A DNA stretch of 64,000 nt, taken from NCBI GenBank assembly GCA_963804085.1, contig CAWDOQ010000010.1, positions 64,001-128,000 on the forward strand. The letters are read 5' to 3'. This DNA comes from Chlamydiia bacterium (lineage in GTDB: Bacteria > Chlamydiota > Chlamydiia > Chlamydiales > Rhabdochlamydiaceae). Below, piece after piece: positions 1 through 9,921 of this stretch. How positions within the stretch are numbered: the stretch's first letter is position 1; every line of letters begins with the position of its first letter. The notes beneath the pieces were generated by a model. It worked only from the letters and a program-made list of their open reading frames with translations, ran no database searches and was not told the origin of the DNA. The position numbers and the translations under genes are program-made.

Positions 1-685
1 GCCTTGCTGTTTCGATGCAGAGATGTTCCGTGTGCGCAAGAGTTTGCTTCAAAGAGAGACTAAGCGCTTCCAGAGCAGGCGGATTTAAAGGGAGTGAGGT
101 AGCAAGAAGCGAGTTTAACGAGGCGCGCGCATGCACCAAAAGACCTCCTGTTCCATGGGGAGCATGGATATATCTGCCATCAAAGGTAAAAAAATCAGCA
201 TCGAGGTCTGAAAAACGGAAAAAGAGTTTGCCGATTGCAAAGCACCCGTCTACATGGACTAGGACCTCTTTTTTTCTGCAGACTGCGATTAGATCGTTTA
301 AAGGTTGGATCACGCCTGTAAGAGGGTCGGCCCAAGGCAGCGACACTAAGATCGTGCGCGGGCGGATCATCTCTTCGAGCGCCTGCACTTTAATCTGCCC
401 CTTCTCATTTAGTGGAAGAGTTTTAAGCGTACAGCCCAGCTTTTCTAAGCGCTTATGCGATCTATCAGAAGGGAGAATGAAGTGGGTGCGTCCCGTCTCT
501 CGAACCAGGTCAAGATAGACGGATAAAAAGAGGTGATCGGTTGCCTCCTGGGCAGTAGAACAAAAAAAGAAGCGATCGCCAGAAGAGGCGCCCAAATCTT
601 GTAGGATCTCGGCCTCACTCTCTTCTTGCTTACGACCAAGGGGTGGAGGGGGAGAGTGCTGGTTCAGATAACTTGCTTTTCCCAT
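1..685 (-). CDS. NifS/IscS-like class V aminotransferase-fold protein (partial, runs off left edge; not in the ORF track)
   Basis: Open frame from ATG at 685 to the window edge: MGKASYLN...LVSLPWADPLTGVIQP...VHVDGCFAIGK...DFFTFDGRYIHAPHGTGGL. Next to gpmA as in Chlamydia. Confidence 0.8.
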   Translation of the reverse strand, partial: MGKASYLNQHSPPPPLGRKQEESEAEILQDLGASSGDRFFFCSTAQEATDHLFLSVYLDLVRETGRTHFILPSDRSHKRLEKLGCTLKTLPLNEKGQIKVQALEEMIRPRTILVSLPWADPLTGVIQPLNDLIAVCRKKEVLVHVDGCFAIGKLFFRFSDLDADFFTFDGRYIHAPHGTGGLLVHARASLNSLLATSLPLNPPALEALSLSLKQTLAHTEHLCIETAR

Positions 686-1344
686 TTTCCCTTGTGCCAA
701 CTGTAAAGAAGCGGCTCTCCTGTTGGAATCTCGAGCTCTACTACCTCTTCCTTGCTCAAGTTATCTAGAAACATCACGATAGCACGCATCGAGTTGCCAT
801 GCGCAGAGATAAAGACATTTTTTCCCTCTTCTAAATAGGGCATGATCGTTTTCTTAAAGTAGGGAAGCGCTCTTTCTGCCGTCATCGCTAAACTCTCGCC
901 TTTGGGAGGCGCAACATCATAGCTCCTGCGCCAGATCTTGACCTGCTTCTCTCCATACTTGTCCATCATCTCGCGCTTATTCATCCCTTGAAGCTCTCCA
1001 TACATACGCTCGTTGAGCTCCCATGCTGTGATGACCGGAATGCACTTTTTTCTCGTCTCTTCACTATAGACCTTGGCCCACTCTTGCAACTTGTGCTCAT
1101 GCGGATGCAGCACGGTTGGAATCTTGCCTCCCTTGTGCTCGCTCATCACGAGCATCGCAGTCGTCTGTGCGCGGACGAGCGAGGAGACAAAGATCACATC
1201 GAAAGGGATGTGGGCGATCTTCTTGCCCCCCTTTAAACTCTCTTGTATCCCCTCCATGCTCAAAGGGATATCGACCCAACCCGTAAAAAGGTTTTGCTTA
1301 TTCCACTCCGACTGCCCATGACGCATCATCACTAATTTTGCCAT
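664..1344 (-). CDS. gpmA: 2,3-bisphosphoglycerate-dependent phosphoglycerate mutase
   Basis: RHGQSEWN, LNERMYGELQG and AHGNSMR motifs. Confidence 0.95.
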   Translation of the reverse strand: MAKLVMMRHGQSEWNKQNLFTGWVDIPLSMEGIQESLKGGKKIAHIPFDVIFVSSLVRAQTTAMLVMSEHKGGKIPTVLHPHEHKLQEWAKVYSEETRKKCIPVITAWELNERMYGELQGMNKREMMDKYGEKQVKIWRRSYDVAPPKGESLAMTAERALPYFKKTIMPYLEEGKNVFISAHGNSMRAIVMFLDNLSKEEVVELEIPTGEPLLYSWHKGKWEKQVI

Positions 1345-1376
1345 AACATCCGCAGTTTAGCATATTCCCCTCTTTT

Positions 1377-1491
1377 CGTGCCTGTGCCCGATCTTCTTCA
1401 ATCGCGCCCGCTTCCGCGCCCGATCTTCCTCTTTCTCTCTTTTCCCGAATTAATCCGGATCGGCGCGCATGCGGGCGCGGAAGCGGGCGCG
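1377..1491. repeat. Intergenic GC-rich palindromic repeat, family A copy 1
   Basis: Perfect 20-bp inverted repeat 1403-1422/1472-1491 around the core GCCCGATCTT-pyrimidine tract-AATTAATCCGGATCG. Confidence 0.85.
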
Positions 1492-1506
1492 TTCAAAAAG
1501 AAAGTG

Positions 1507-1845
1507 TTAACCAACTGACCCTCTTAAGACTTTTTTAAGAATAAACTGATCCTCGACGCTGATTAACTCGTAAGCGCTATTCATAGGAGATTGCGCAAAT
1601 AGCGAAGCACCTGAAATCTGATCGACGATCATCAGATGGTAGCCGCCCCTTTGAAGCAGAAACTCCTCGTTGATCTTGATAATCGCGTTGGTCTTGTTGT
1701 TAATGGTGATGCCTCCATGCAGGCAGACGCTCTCGTCAGGTCCAATTACCGCTTCCATCGGTGCTGTGTCATAAGGAATTTTAACATTTTGTTGATCTTC
1801 ACGTGGAATTTGGATGTCTGCTTCTTGGTTAAATTCGATAGTCAT
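1507..1845 (-). CDS. Hypothetical protein
   Basis: AT-rich ORF; ATG at 1845 preceded by AAGGGTG; no recognisable motif. Confidence 0.55.
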   Translation of the reverse strand: MTIEFNQEADIQIPREDQQNVKIPYDTAPMEAVIGPDESVCLHGGITINNKTNAIIKINEEFLLQRGGYHLMIVDQISGASLFAQSPMNSAYELISVEDQFILKKVLRGSVG

Positions 1846-1929
1846 TTTTTCACCCTTTAAAATTGTTAGTTTAAAAACCCACAAACAAACTAACAAAACC
1901 AGGAAAACGACTCAATAAATAATAATTAA

Positions 1930-1958
1930 TTGACCGATAGTTGCATATGCTTTATGCT
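1930..1958 (+). promoter_or_regulatory. Sigma66/sigma70-type promoter of rluB
   Basis: TTGACC-17 nt-TATGCT, 8 nt upstream of ATG 1967. Confidence 0.6.
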
Positions 1959-1966
1959 CCATTGCC

Positions 1967-2707
1967 ATGAAAACAAAAGAACCGAAAAAACGTTTAAGTA
2001 AAGCATTAGCTGCCGCAGGCGTCTCCTCACGCAGAGGGTGCGAAGAGCTGATCTTTGCAGGAAAAGTTAAAGTAAACGGCAAGGTCGTGCTCGTTCCTCA
2101 GACTCTCGTCTCTTGGGAAGATGACCGCATCTCCGTATCCGGTAAAAGCCTGCACACCGAAGAGGACAAGGTCTACTACATCCTCAACAAACCCACCGGC
2201 TACATCTGCTCCAACAAACGAGTCGGCTCCAAAAAAATTGTGCTCGATCTCTTTGCTAACTCCCCGCAGCGCCTCTTCACTATCGGAAGACTCGACCGAG
2301 ACACCACAGGGCTTCTCCTCGTCACCAACGATGGCCACTTCGCCCAAAAGGTGATCCACCCCGCCTCCAATATCCAAAAAGAGTACCTCGTCAAAGTCCA
2401 CAACGAGATCACCCACGACCATCTCGTCTCGATCGCTAAAGGCATGAGTATCGAAGGCTCTTGGATCAAACCTGTACGCGTGACCAAAGTCCGCAGAGGC
2501 ACCGTGAAAGTCGTCGTGATGGAAGGAAAAAAACGAGAGGTACGCCTACTCGTCGAAAAAGCCGGGCTTAAAATCGACACTCTTAGCCGCATCCGCATCG
2601 GTGGTCTGACGCTCGGGCCACTACCTGTTGGCATCTTCCGCCCGCTTACAGCTGACGAGCGCGAGCTTCTCTTTAAAACAAAAAAAGCTAAGCAAGATAC
2701 GCTCTAG
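1967..2707 (+). CDS. rluB: rRNA pseudouridine synthase (RluB/RsuA family)
   Basis: S4 domain (LSKALAAAGVSSRR), GRLDRDTTGLLL, EGKKREVR. Confidence 0.9.
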   Translation: MKTKEPKKRLSKALAAAGVSSRRGCEELIFAGKVKVNGKVVLVPQTLVSWEDDRISVSGKSLHTEEDKVYYILNKPTGYICSNKRVGSKKIVLDLFANSPQRLFTIGRLDRDTTGLLLVTNDGHFAQKVIHPASNIQKEYLVKVHNEITHDHLVSIAKGMSIEGSWIKPVRVTKVRRGTVKVVVMEGKKREVRLLVEKAGLKIDTLSRIRIGGLTLGPLPVGIFRPLTADERELLFKTKKAKQDTL

Positions 2708-3614
2708 CCACGCCTATGTTATCTTTTGAACCCCCTCCCGGGGAAATGAGAAGCGTCTTGCGCTGAAAGGCACCGACAGTCACACATACAGGACCACCTT
2801 TACTCTGAAAACTTTCACGCGTGCGCGTTAAACATAAGGAAGATTTAGGAAAAAGAGGGATGCCAAATCGGGCAAAGTGGGCCACCGTGCTCACTGTGAT
2901 CCAGAGCGTCTTACCGAGCGGATGGTATTGCTGCTCCGCTTCAGCTTGTGTAATACCTGCACTCTCCGGTTCTATATTTTTTTGCATCCATACCCAAATA
3001 GATTTTTCTTCGGCACCGTTTCCGTATTCATTTTGAATCACAGTTGCACTGAGGATCTCCACACTGCACTTTTTTGCAAGAGGTATAAAAGTATTAATGC
3101 AAAGTGGCTTTCCATCTACCTTGGCAGGAATCAAGGTGAGAGTATGCGTATCTTTTAGCTTGGGAAATGTGCGATGGATGTTACCCGGAAGGCAGGGCGC
3201 TACTCCGGGGTCTCCGAAATACTTTTTCCACGCACCCACTCCAAATGCAAGAGAGGGAGGACGGGGATGGCTAAAGGCCCTTTTGTGTTTCCCGTCCGGA
3301 AGCTTATAGCTCACATGCTCTTGTTCGCATTGTGTCTTCCACACTTTGTCGGAGATCTTCCAGGCTTTACAGACTACTTCGCATCTGCCTACTTCTTCGG
3401 GTAGAAGGTAGTTCATGATGTGAGAAAACGCATCGGGAGATGTGCGAGATATATCATTCAGATTGGCTTCCGGCTTGCTGAACCAAGAACAAATCCAATC
3501 ACAAATAGCTTTCCAGAGCGCGGCTATGGTCTCGGCAATTTGGAGATAGCAGGGCTTCTCTTCGGGCAGGGCTATCGATCGTTTTGCAGAATCTAAATTA
3601 ATTGTTGGTGTCAT
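2688..3614 (-). CDS. F-box-like protein, putative secreted effector
   Basis: PDAFSHIMNYLLPEEVGRCEVVCKAW resembles an F-box; followed by an AFG..AWKKYFGD segment recalled from environmental chlamydial F-box proteins. Confidence 0.7.
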   Translation of the reverse strand: MTPTINLDSAKRSIALPEEKPCYLQIAETIAALWKAICDWICSWFSKPEANLNDISRTSPDAFSHIMNYLLPEEVGRCEVVCKAWKISDKVWKTQCEQEHVSYKLPDGKHKRAFSHPRPPSLAFGVGAWKKYFGDPGVAPCLPGNIHRTFPKLKDTHTLTLIPAKVDGKPLCINTFIPLAKKCSVEILSATVIQNEYGNGAEEKSIWVWMQKNIEPESAGITQAEAEQQYHPLGKTLWITVSTVAHFARFGIPLFPKSSLCLTRTRESFQSKGGPVCVTVGAFQRKTLLISPGGGSKDNIGVARAYLA

Positions 3615-3698
3615 GGAGGAGTAGCATAGCAGAAAACCCCCAAAAAGAACAGAGCCGCTTGCTTTTCTTATCTCGTTTAGGTATAAAGATCTCCGTTT

Positions 3699-4373
3699 AT
3701 GCTAACCATTGCACGGCTGTTTGGAAAGTCTCCTTTTGCCCCCCTGCAGACCCACATGAAGAAAGTGGCGAGCTGCGTGGAAAAGCTGACCCAGCTTATC
3801 GAAGCTCTTCCTAAGATGGAACGGGAGAAGATTGAAAAATTTTCTTCAGAGATCTGCACTCTTGAAGAGGAGGCCGACCTTACAAAAAACGATATCCGCA
3901 ACCACCTTCCCAAAAGCCTCTTTCTTCCGATCGACCGCGGCCATTTTTTAGAGATCCTCTCAGTCCAAGACAGCATCGCGGATAAAGCAGAAGATATCGG
4001 CATTCTGCTCACCTTGCGCCCGCTTGCACCCTTCCACAACTTTAAAGCGGATCTGCAATCGCTCTTTAAAAAGAGCGCTCAAGTTTTTTGGGATGCTAAA
4101 AAAATCATCGAAGAGATCGACGAGCTCTTAGAAGCCTCTTTTGGCGGCATCGAAGCAGAAAAAGTAAAAGAGATGGTGCTCAAGACCGCATACAAAGAGC
4201 ATGAAGCAGATCTAATGCAACGCACCTTGATGAAGCAGCTCTTCGCAAACGGAGAAACCCTCTCTGCACCCGACTTCTACCTTTGGGCGCATGTTATCGA
4301 AGAGATCTCTGCACTCTCGCACCTCTCAGAGAGATTAGCTAATCGCATTCGGATGGTACTGGAACTAAAATAG
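3699..4373 (+). CDS. DUF47/TIGR00153 phosphate transport regulator
   Basis: LFGKSPFAPLQ, LEEEAD, LPIDR, QDSIADKAED; upstream of pit. Confidence 0.9.
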   Translation: MLTIARLFGKSPFAPLQTHMKKVASCVEKLTQLIEALPKMEREKIEKFSSEICTLEEEADLTKNDIRNHLPKSLFLPIDRGHFLEILSVQDSIADKAEDIGILLTLRPLAPFHNFKADLQSLFKKSAQVFWDAKKIIEEIDELLEASFGGIEAEKVKEMVLKTAYKEHEADLMQRTLMKQLFANGETLSAPDFYLWAHVIEEISALSHLSERLANRIRMVLELK

Positions 4374-4376
4374 ACT

Positions 4377-5801
4377 ATGGAAGTCGAAGCGATCCTCAGA
4401 ATACTGATCCTGGTCGTAGGCTTTTACATGGCGTGGAACATTGGCGCCAACGATGTCTCCAATGCGATGGGAACATCTGTTGGCTCGGGCGCTCTAACAC
4501 TTAGGCGCGCTGTAATCTTCGCAGCCATTTTAGAATTCTGTGGAGCCTATTTCGTCGGATCCAATGTGTCGGAGACGATGCAAAGGGGGCTGATCGACAC
4601 CGACCTCTTCTTAACAGAACCCACCACTCTCGTTTTAGGGATGTGCGCCGCGCTTTTGGGCACGAGCATCTGGCTCCAGATCGCCTCCTATTTTGGATGG
4701 CCCGTCTCTACCACACACGCCATCGTAGGTGCGATCTTAGGCTTTGGTGCCTTGATCGGCGGAGTAGAAGCTGTCAAGTGGCAGGAGGTCTCCTCCATTG
4801 CAATAAGCTGGGTTGTCTCTCCCGTCATAAGCGGCCTTTTTGCCTACTTTCTCTTCGGTTTTCTGCAGAAAAAGATCTTGTATGCGATGAATCCCACAGA
4901 GATCACGTTTAAGCTTTTTCCCCTGTTTGTCTTCATCGTCTTTGGCGTTTTCACATTAAGTCTCATCTTCAACGGCCTGCAAAATGTGGATATCACCCTC
5001 TCATTTGTGCAAGCAATCGGCGTCGCTCTTCTCGTAGGACTTATCGCCGGGACCATATGCTACTTTCTCATCCGAAAATTCGCTTCTCCGACCATTTCAG
5101 AGCCGATGCTATCTCGCCACCTACCCCAGCATGTGATCAGCCTTGAAAAGGCGATCAAACACCTGCAGCGCGTCCATGTCTCTTCGTTTAACGATGTGCA
5201 CACGAAAACAGGCGAGCTGCTTGAAGAGGCCAAAGCCCTTTCACAAAATTTGCGCCAAGAGACCAGCTTTGGAGAGCGCACCTCCGAATATACGCAAGTA
5301 GAAAAAATGTTCGGCTACCTTCAAATATTAAGCGCCTGCTTTGTCGCCTTTGCCCACGGTGCTAACGACGTCGCAAACGCTATCGGCCCTATCGCTGCCG
5401 TCCTCGACATCTTGAAAAATGGCACCATCTCTGACACTGCATCCATCCCGACTTGGCTCCTCGCTTTTGGCGGCGCCGGCATCGTCCTTGGCCTCGCCAC
5501 CTACGGCTGGCGTGTCATGGAAACGATCGGCAAAAAGATCACAGAACTCACCCCCACACGCGGCTTTTGCGCAGAATTTGGAGCCGCGACTACCATACTC
5601 CTCGCCTCCAAACTCGGCCTCCCGATCTCCACTACGCACTGCCTAGTCGGCGCCGTTCTAGGCGTCGGCATCGCCAGAGGTTTTCGTGCCCTTAACCTCG
5701 GCACCCTCCGCGATATCATCCTCTCCTGGATCGTCACTATCCCCGCCAGCGCCCTCACCTGCATCCTCTGCTACTTCTTGTTAAAACTTATTTTTATTTA
5801 G
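4377..5801 (+). CDS. pit: Inorganic phosphate transporter (PiT family)
   Basis: GANDVSN and GANDVAN signatures; PVSTTH and PISTTH. Confidence 0.95.
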   Translation: MEVEAILRILILVVGFYMAWNIGANDVSNAMGTSVGSGALTLRRAVIFAAILEFCGAYFVGSNVSETMQRGLIDTDLFLTEPTTLVLGMCAALLGTSIWLQIASYFGWPVSTTHAIVGAILGFGALIGGVEAVKWQEVSSIAISWVVSPVISGLFAYFLFGFLQKKILYAMNPTEITFKLFPLFVFIVFGVFTLSLIFNGLQNVDITLSFVQAIGVALLVGLIAGTICYFLIRKFASPTISEPMLSRHLPQHVISLEKAIKHLQRVHVSSFNDVHTKTGELLEEAKALSQNLRQETSFGERTSEYTQVEKMFGYLQILSACFVAFAHGANDVANAIGPIAAVLDILKNGTISDTASIPTWLLAFGGAGIVLGLATYGWRVMETIGKKITELTPTRGFCAEFGAATTILLASKLGLPISTTHCLVGAVLGVGIARGFRALNLGTLRDIILSWIVTIPASALTCILCYFLLKLIFI

Positions 5802-5878
5802 CATAATAAAAAATAGTTAGTATTTACCTATTCAATATTAAATGTTATAATTTTTATCACTTTTATAAAGGAGATGTT

Positions 5879-7557
5879 ATGACAAAAGCAATCGCGCCAA
5901 CTGCCGCAACAGCCCCTATAATTCCTAATCCTCCCCCCATCACAGCGGAGTCCTCCTGCTGCACAGATCTCTTCCTGCGCGTGCAGGCTGTCTGGAACGC
6001 TTTCTTGACTTTGCTTGTAGCTATTGTCGACTGGTGCGCGTGTCAGATCCATGGTCCCACGGGCAAAAGCCAGCCTCTCGTGATAGATTGGGAAGAGCGG
6101 TTGCCGCGTCGTGCGCCTATTAGGCTCCCTAGGGATTTATATCCGAAAACAGCAGAAGAAAAAGCAGAAGAGACTCTTAAGAATCAAATAGAAATATTCG
6201 ATAGGATGCCAAGCTTGGGACGCTTCTTAAAAAGCTACATACCCGAACATTTGCCGCTCCAAACAAGAGCAAGGCAGATCAAAGCGGCCATCAATAACGA
6301 GGGCATTCTTTTCCAGTGTAGCCAATACCCAACATACACAGCCTGGAGATGTGGAAGGCTACACATGGCACTGTAATAAAACACGTTTACTACTTAAGTT
6401 AGGAGCCAATCCCAACGGGAAAAGCGATAACGCCTGGGGTTATGTTCCGCTTCACTGTGCTGTATTCAGCGGATCCACGCTTGCCTATGAAGAGCTGCGA
6501 CAAGCAGGAGCCAATCCTTGGATAAGGGAATACCAGGGTTACCGACCAGGGCAAACACCCATTGCGCTTGCTTATCACATCCTCGCATCAAATATGCCGT
6601 TAGACGACTATTTTTGGGAGATTGCACGAAAAAAAGAGCACAGCCTAGCTCACTATTTTCCAGATCGGTATTTTACTCCAGCTTCTTACTCCAAACCGGG
6701 CACTTTAACTGACGTCCAAAAGATGATCGACTTCGAGGTGGAAAAAGCAACTGATCATATCCAAGCTGCCCAACCGGTGCACGTGGACCGCCCATTGCTA
6801 AACTTATCGCAAGCTACTACCTTGCCGGTGATCCAAACGAGCATGGTGCAAATCTTGTGGAGGATTACAAAAGCTTTTACATTAGTTCGGATCCCAATAC
6901 CAAAGGCGTGCAAGATCTGCTCAAAGGCAATCCAACAGCAACCATGACAGAGCAGCTGGCGATGATCCAAAAGAGCGTAGAGACAAGTAACGAGCTCTTT
7001 TTGACTGTAAACCCACAAGCAACATCTGAACTGCACAATGGAACTGAGCTCTTCCTAAGCTAGGGGCCAATCCCAACAAGCGTGCCACCTTGGGTAATTT
7101 GCAGAATTTCACACCGCTCCACGCAGCTGTCCTGACCCGCAGTCCGCTTGCATATAAAACTCTACGCGCGTTTGGCGCCGATCCCACAATGAGGCTGGGA
7201 TCTGCCCAAGACGGAGACACCTGCATAGAAATGGCACAAAGAATGCTTGCTGCAAACCCTAAGATATCAGCGCACGAATATTTCCGTGACTTTGTTCTTC
7301 GAGCGGGCATACCAAAAATACCAGGAAAAGTTTTCGATACACCTTATTCTTACGATCTTCAGCTTTTCCCTCACACATATGTACATGCAGTACTGAATAA
7401 TCAATATGCCTCTGATGGCTTTGGCACAGAAAAAGATCTGCAAGAGATCCTCGACTACGAAAGGATGCTCCAGAGCTCTGTCGCCCAAGAGGTCCACAGA
7501 CACTACGAACTCCCTGCAGACATCGCCACAACCGTAGCCGACTACGCTCAAGAATAG
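5879..7557 (+). pseudogene. Ankyrin-repeat effector-like gene split by three frameshifts (about 559 aa if corrected)
   Basis: Four ORF pieces join with +1 C near 6313, -1 C near 6792 and -1 A near 7057. Two LGANPN...PLH.AV ankyrin units. Confidence 0.75.
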
Positions 7558-7562
7558 CCTTG

Positions 7563-7949
7563 TTAATGAGGTAGAATTTGTAGCTTTTCTATGCCGGCAT
7601 CAATGAGTGTGTCTAGCGTTTTGCTAATCGACTTGTGCATCGCTATTGCTGCCTTTGCAACATAATAATGGCGTTCGCTGGTTGTTCTGTACGCGATATT
7701 GCCTTTGAATTTGTCTTTTTTTATTGGCACTGGTACTGGCTCACCTTGCTTGAGATAAAGTCTAACCGCGGCTTCAATAGCTTCTTTGATATTTTCCAAC
7801 CCTTCTTCAATGGTCTCCGCATCAGTGCAAACCCCAGGAAGCTCATTCACTCGAATGATGTAGTAATGCTTTCCTTTATGAGCTTCTTGCTCAATGGTAT
7901 ACGACCAGTTCAAGTTAAGGTAGTACTTTAAGCTTTTTTTAATACCCAT
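7563..7949 (-). CDS. hicB: HicB-family antitoxin
   Basis: ELPGVCTDAETIEEGLENIKEAI; C-terminal RHH-like FKGNIAYR. Confidence 0.85.
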   Translation of the reverse strand: MGIKKSLKYYLNLNWSYTIEQEAHKGKHYYIIRVNELPGVCTDAETIEEGLENIKEAIEAAVRLYLKQGEPVPVPIKKDKFKGNIAYRTTSERHYYVAKAAIAMHKSISKTLDTLIDAGIEKLQILPH

Positions 7950-8169
7950 GGTCTCTTAAAACCTCTTTTAAATCGCGAATTTGATAAGGCAAAAGCTGCG
8001 ACCTGCGCTTTATACATACATTTTTCGGATACTCGTTTTTTCTAAATACATGATGAGAACCTCTCACGTCCACTTTAAAGCCTAGTTTCAGCAAAATATT
8101 TTCGGCCTCTTCATAGGAAACATCCCTGCCAGACAGGATTTTTTCTACTATCTTTTGCCATTTGCTCAT
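7939..8169 (-). CDS. hicA: HicA-family mRNA interferase toxin
   Basis: 76 aa with LGF...RGSHHVF; overlaps hicB. Confidence 0.85.
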   Translation of the reverse strand: MSKWQKIVEKILSGRDVSYEEAENILLKLGFKVDVRGSHHVFRKNEYPKNVCIKRRSQLLPYQIRDLKEVLRDHGY

Positions 8170-8176
8170 GCCGGGA

Positions 8177-8206
8177 ATGATATCAATTTCGATATCGTCT
8201 TGTCAA
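8177..8206 (-). promoter_or_regulatory. hicAB promoter with palindromic operator
   Basis: TTGACA-18 nt-TATCAT with extended TG; GATATC-N6-GATATC inverted repeat overlaps it; 7 nt to ATG. Confidence 0.65.
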
Positions 8207-9165
8207 CGGACAAGAGAGCGGGTAGTACAAGAAGGAGCGTCCTGGAGGATGGTGCCGATCGCGGCGATCCAGTCGGGGCGCAAGTTTAGGGCGGGGCAGC
8301 GATGCGCTGAGATGCCGCTGGTGCGAAGAAGGGGTAGGTACTGCTCTTCGATCTCGAAGAGGGTTTCGATGTGATCGGATAGGAAGGCGAGCGGAATGAC
8401 CACTACCTGCTTGTCGGTCTTAGGAAGTGTTCTACAGATCTCCTCGGTTGCAGGGGTGAGCCACTCTCCTCGACCGAATTTCGACTGGTAGGCGAGGATC
8501 TTCTCTGCTTTTGGAAAGCCTTCCGCGATCGCGCTATAGGAACTGACACACTCTTTTTCATAGAGATCCCCCTCCTCGATAAACTTCTTGGGCAGGCCGT
8601 GTGCAGAAAAGAGCAAGATGCTTTTTTCTTCTTTTATCTCTCTTTCTTCTAAAAATTCTCTTAGTTTGCGCTGCATTGCGGCCACATAAGCCGGATGCGT
8701 TGGAAAAGATGCCACCCAGCGCATCTTGTCTGCTATCTGCGGAAGCTTCTTTAAAAAGAAGCGCGCGATGCTGCCTGTCGTGGCATAACTAAATTGGGGA
8801 AAGAGGGGAAAGACGATGATCTCGACATCTTTAAAAGCGCGCATCTCTTCTAGGAACGCATCATGTGTTGCAGGAAGATAGCGATGGAAGGCAAGCGTTT
8901 TTATCTTAAGCTTCTGGCCCACTTGTTTGGCAAGCTCTTCTGTATCGGCATAGATCGGGGACCCCCCTCCGATGCGGGTATAGTCTGCTTTGATCTTCTC
9001 GGCTCGCTTTTTTGCAATCCGTGTGAAGAACCATTTTTGTGCAAAATGGGGAAAGGGGGTGCGGATCACATCAGGATCAGTGAGAAGCTCCTTTAAAAAG
9101 GGGGCGATCTCGTCGAGATTACGTGGCCCGCCAAAACTGGCAAATAGAAGTAATTGCGTCTTCAT
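8203..9165 (-). CDS. hemH: Ferrochelatase
   Basis: GGP, IGGGSP, PLFPQFSYATTGS, FSAHGLP, YQSKFG, SDHIETLFEI. Confidence 0.95.
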   Translation of the reverse strand: MKTQLLLFASFGGPRNLDEIAPFLKELLTDPDVIRTPFPHFAQKWFFTRIAKKRAEKIKADYTRIGGGSPIYADTEELAKQVGQKLKIKTLAFHRYLPATHDAFLEEMRAFKDVEIIVFPLFPQFSYATTGSIARFFLKKLPQIADKMRWVASFPTHPAYVAAMQRKLREFLEEREIKEEKSILLFSAHGLPKKFIEEGDLYEKECVSSYSAIAEGFPKAEKILAYQSKFGRGEWLTPATEEICRTLPKTDKQVVVIPLAFLSDHIETLFEIEEQYLPLLRTSGISAHRCPALNLRPDWIAAIGTILQDAPSCTTRSLVR

Positions 9166-9187
9166 GAAAATATGTTAAGATGATGTT

Positions 9188-9921
9188 ATGCGCTGGCGTT
9201 ATTTATTTCTTCTACCTCTTCTTCTCTTCTTCGGATCCTGCGGCACAAGCTCGTCCCAAAAAGAGTACACGATTGCTATCGACCCTAGCTGGTATCCCTT
9301 AAACTTGATGGGAAGAGAGAATCAGCTTAACGGCTTTACAATCGATCTTCTCCAAGAGATCGCTGCATTGAAAAAAATCAATATCCTCAAGGTTCGCGAG
9401 AACTGGGATAATCTCATCTCCCATCTTCAACAAGAGAAATATGACGCGATCCTCTCTTCTTTGCAACCCTATCTCTTCTACGAGAAGCAGTATGACTTCT
9501 CCTCTCCCTTCTTGCTCACCGGACCGGTCCTTGTTGTGCCTTATAAATCACCGCTCACCTCTTTAGACAAGTGCGCAGGTAAGGAGATCGCTGTCTTGGA
9601 CGGGTCCAAAGATGCTCTTATTGTAGAAAAGTACGCGGGGATTATCATCCGCAACTACAACACTCTCGGAGAAATCTTTCGCGATCTTCTCTCGGGCGCA
9701 CTCGATGGCGCACTTGTAGACACTCTTCCTGCACAGGCCTACTGCCAAGATCTCTACCAAGGCCAGCTAAGATAGCAACGCCTCCTCTCTCCTCCGCAGG
9801 CCTAAGGCTTGTGACGTTGCATAAGACGGACTCTCCTCTTCGCACGCTCTTCGACGAAGGGCTAAAAGAGCTCGAAAAGAGCGGTAAATACGAAGAGCTT
9901 GTTAAGAAATGGAGCCTTTAG
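9188..9921 (+). CDS. Amino-acid ABC transporter substrate-binding lipoprotein (FliY-like), one frameshift near 9769
   Basis: Lipobox FGSC, GFTIDL, FSSPFL. Adding one A at CTAAG restores the C-terminus LKIATPPL...GKYEELVKKWSL* ending at 9921. Confidence 0.8.

Noticed and set aside
15-639. ORFs 15-518 (+) and 445-639 (-)
   Set aside because: They overlap the real NifS-like frame (685 to the left edge)
5879-9921. Programmed frameshifting or stop-codon recoding
   Set aside because: Breaks change frame in both directions, lack slippery heptamers, and fall in 2-4 nt homopolymers
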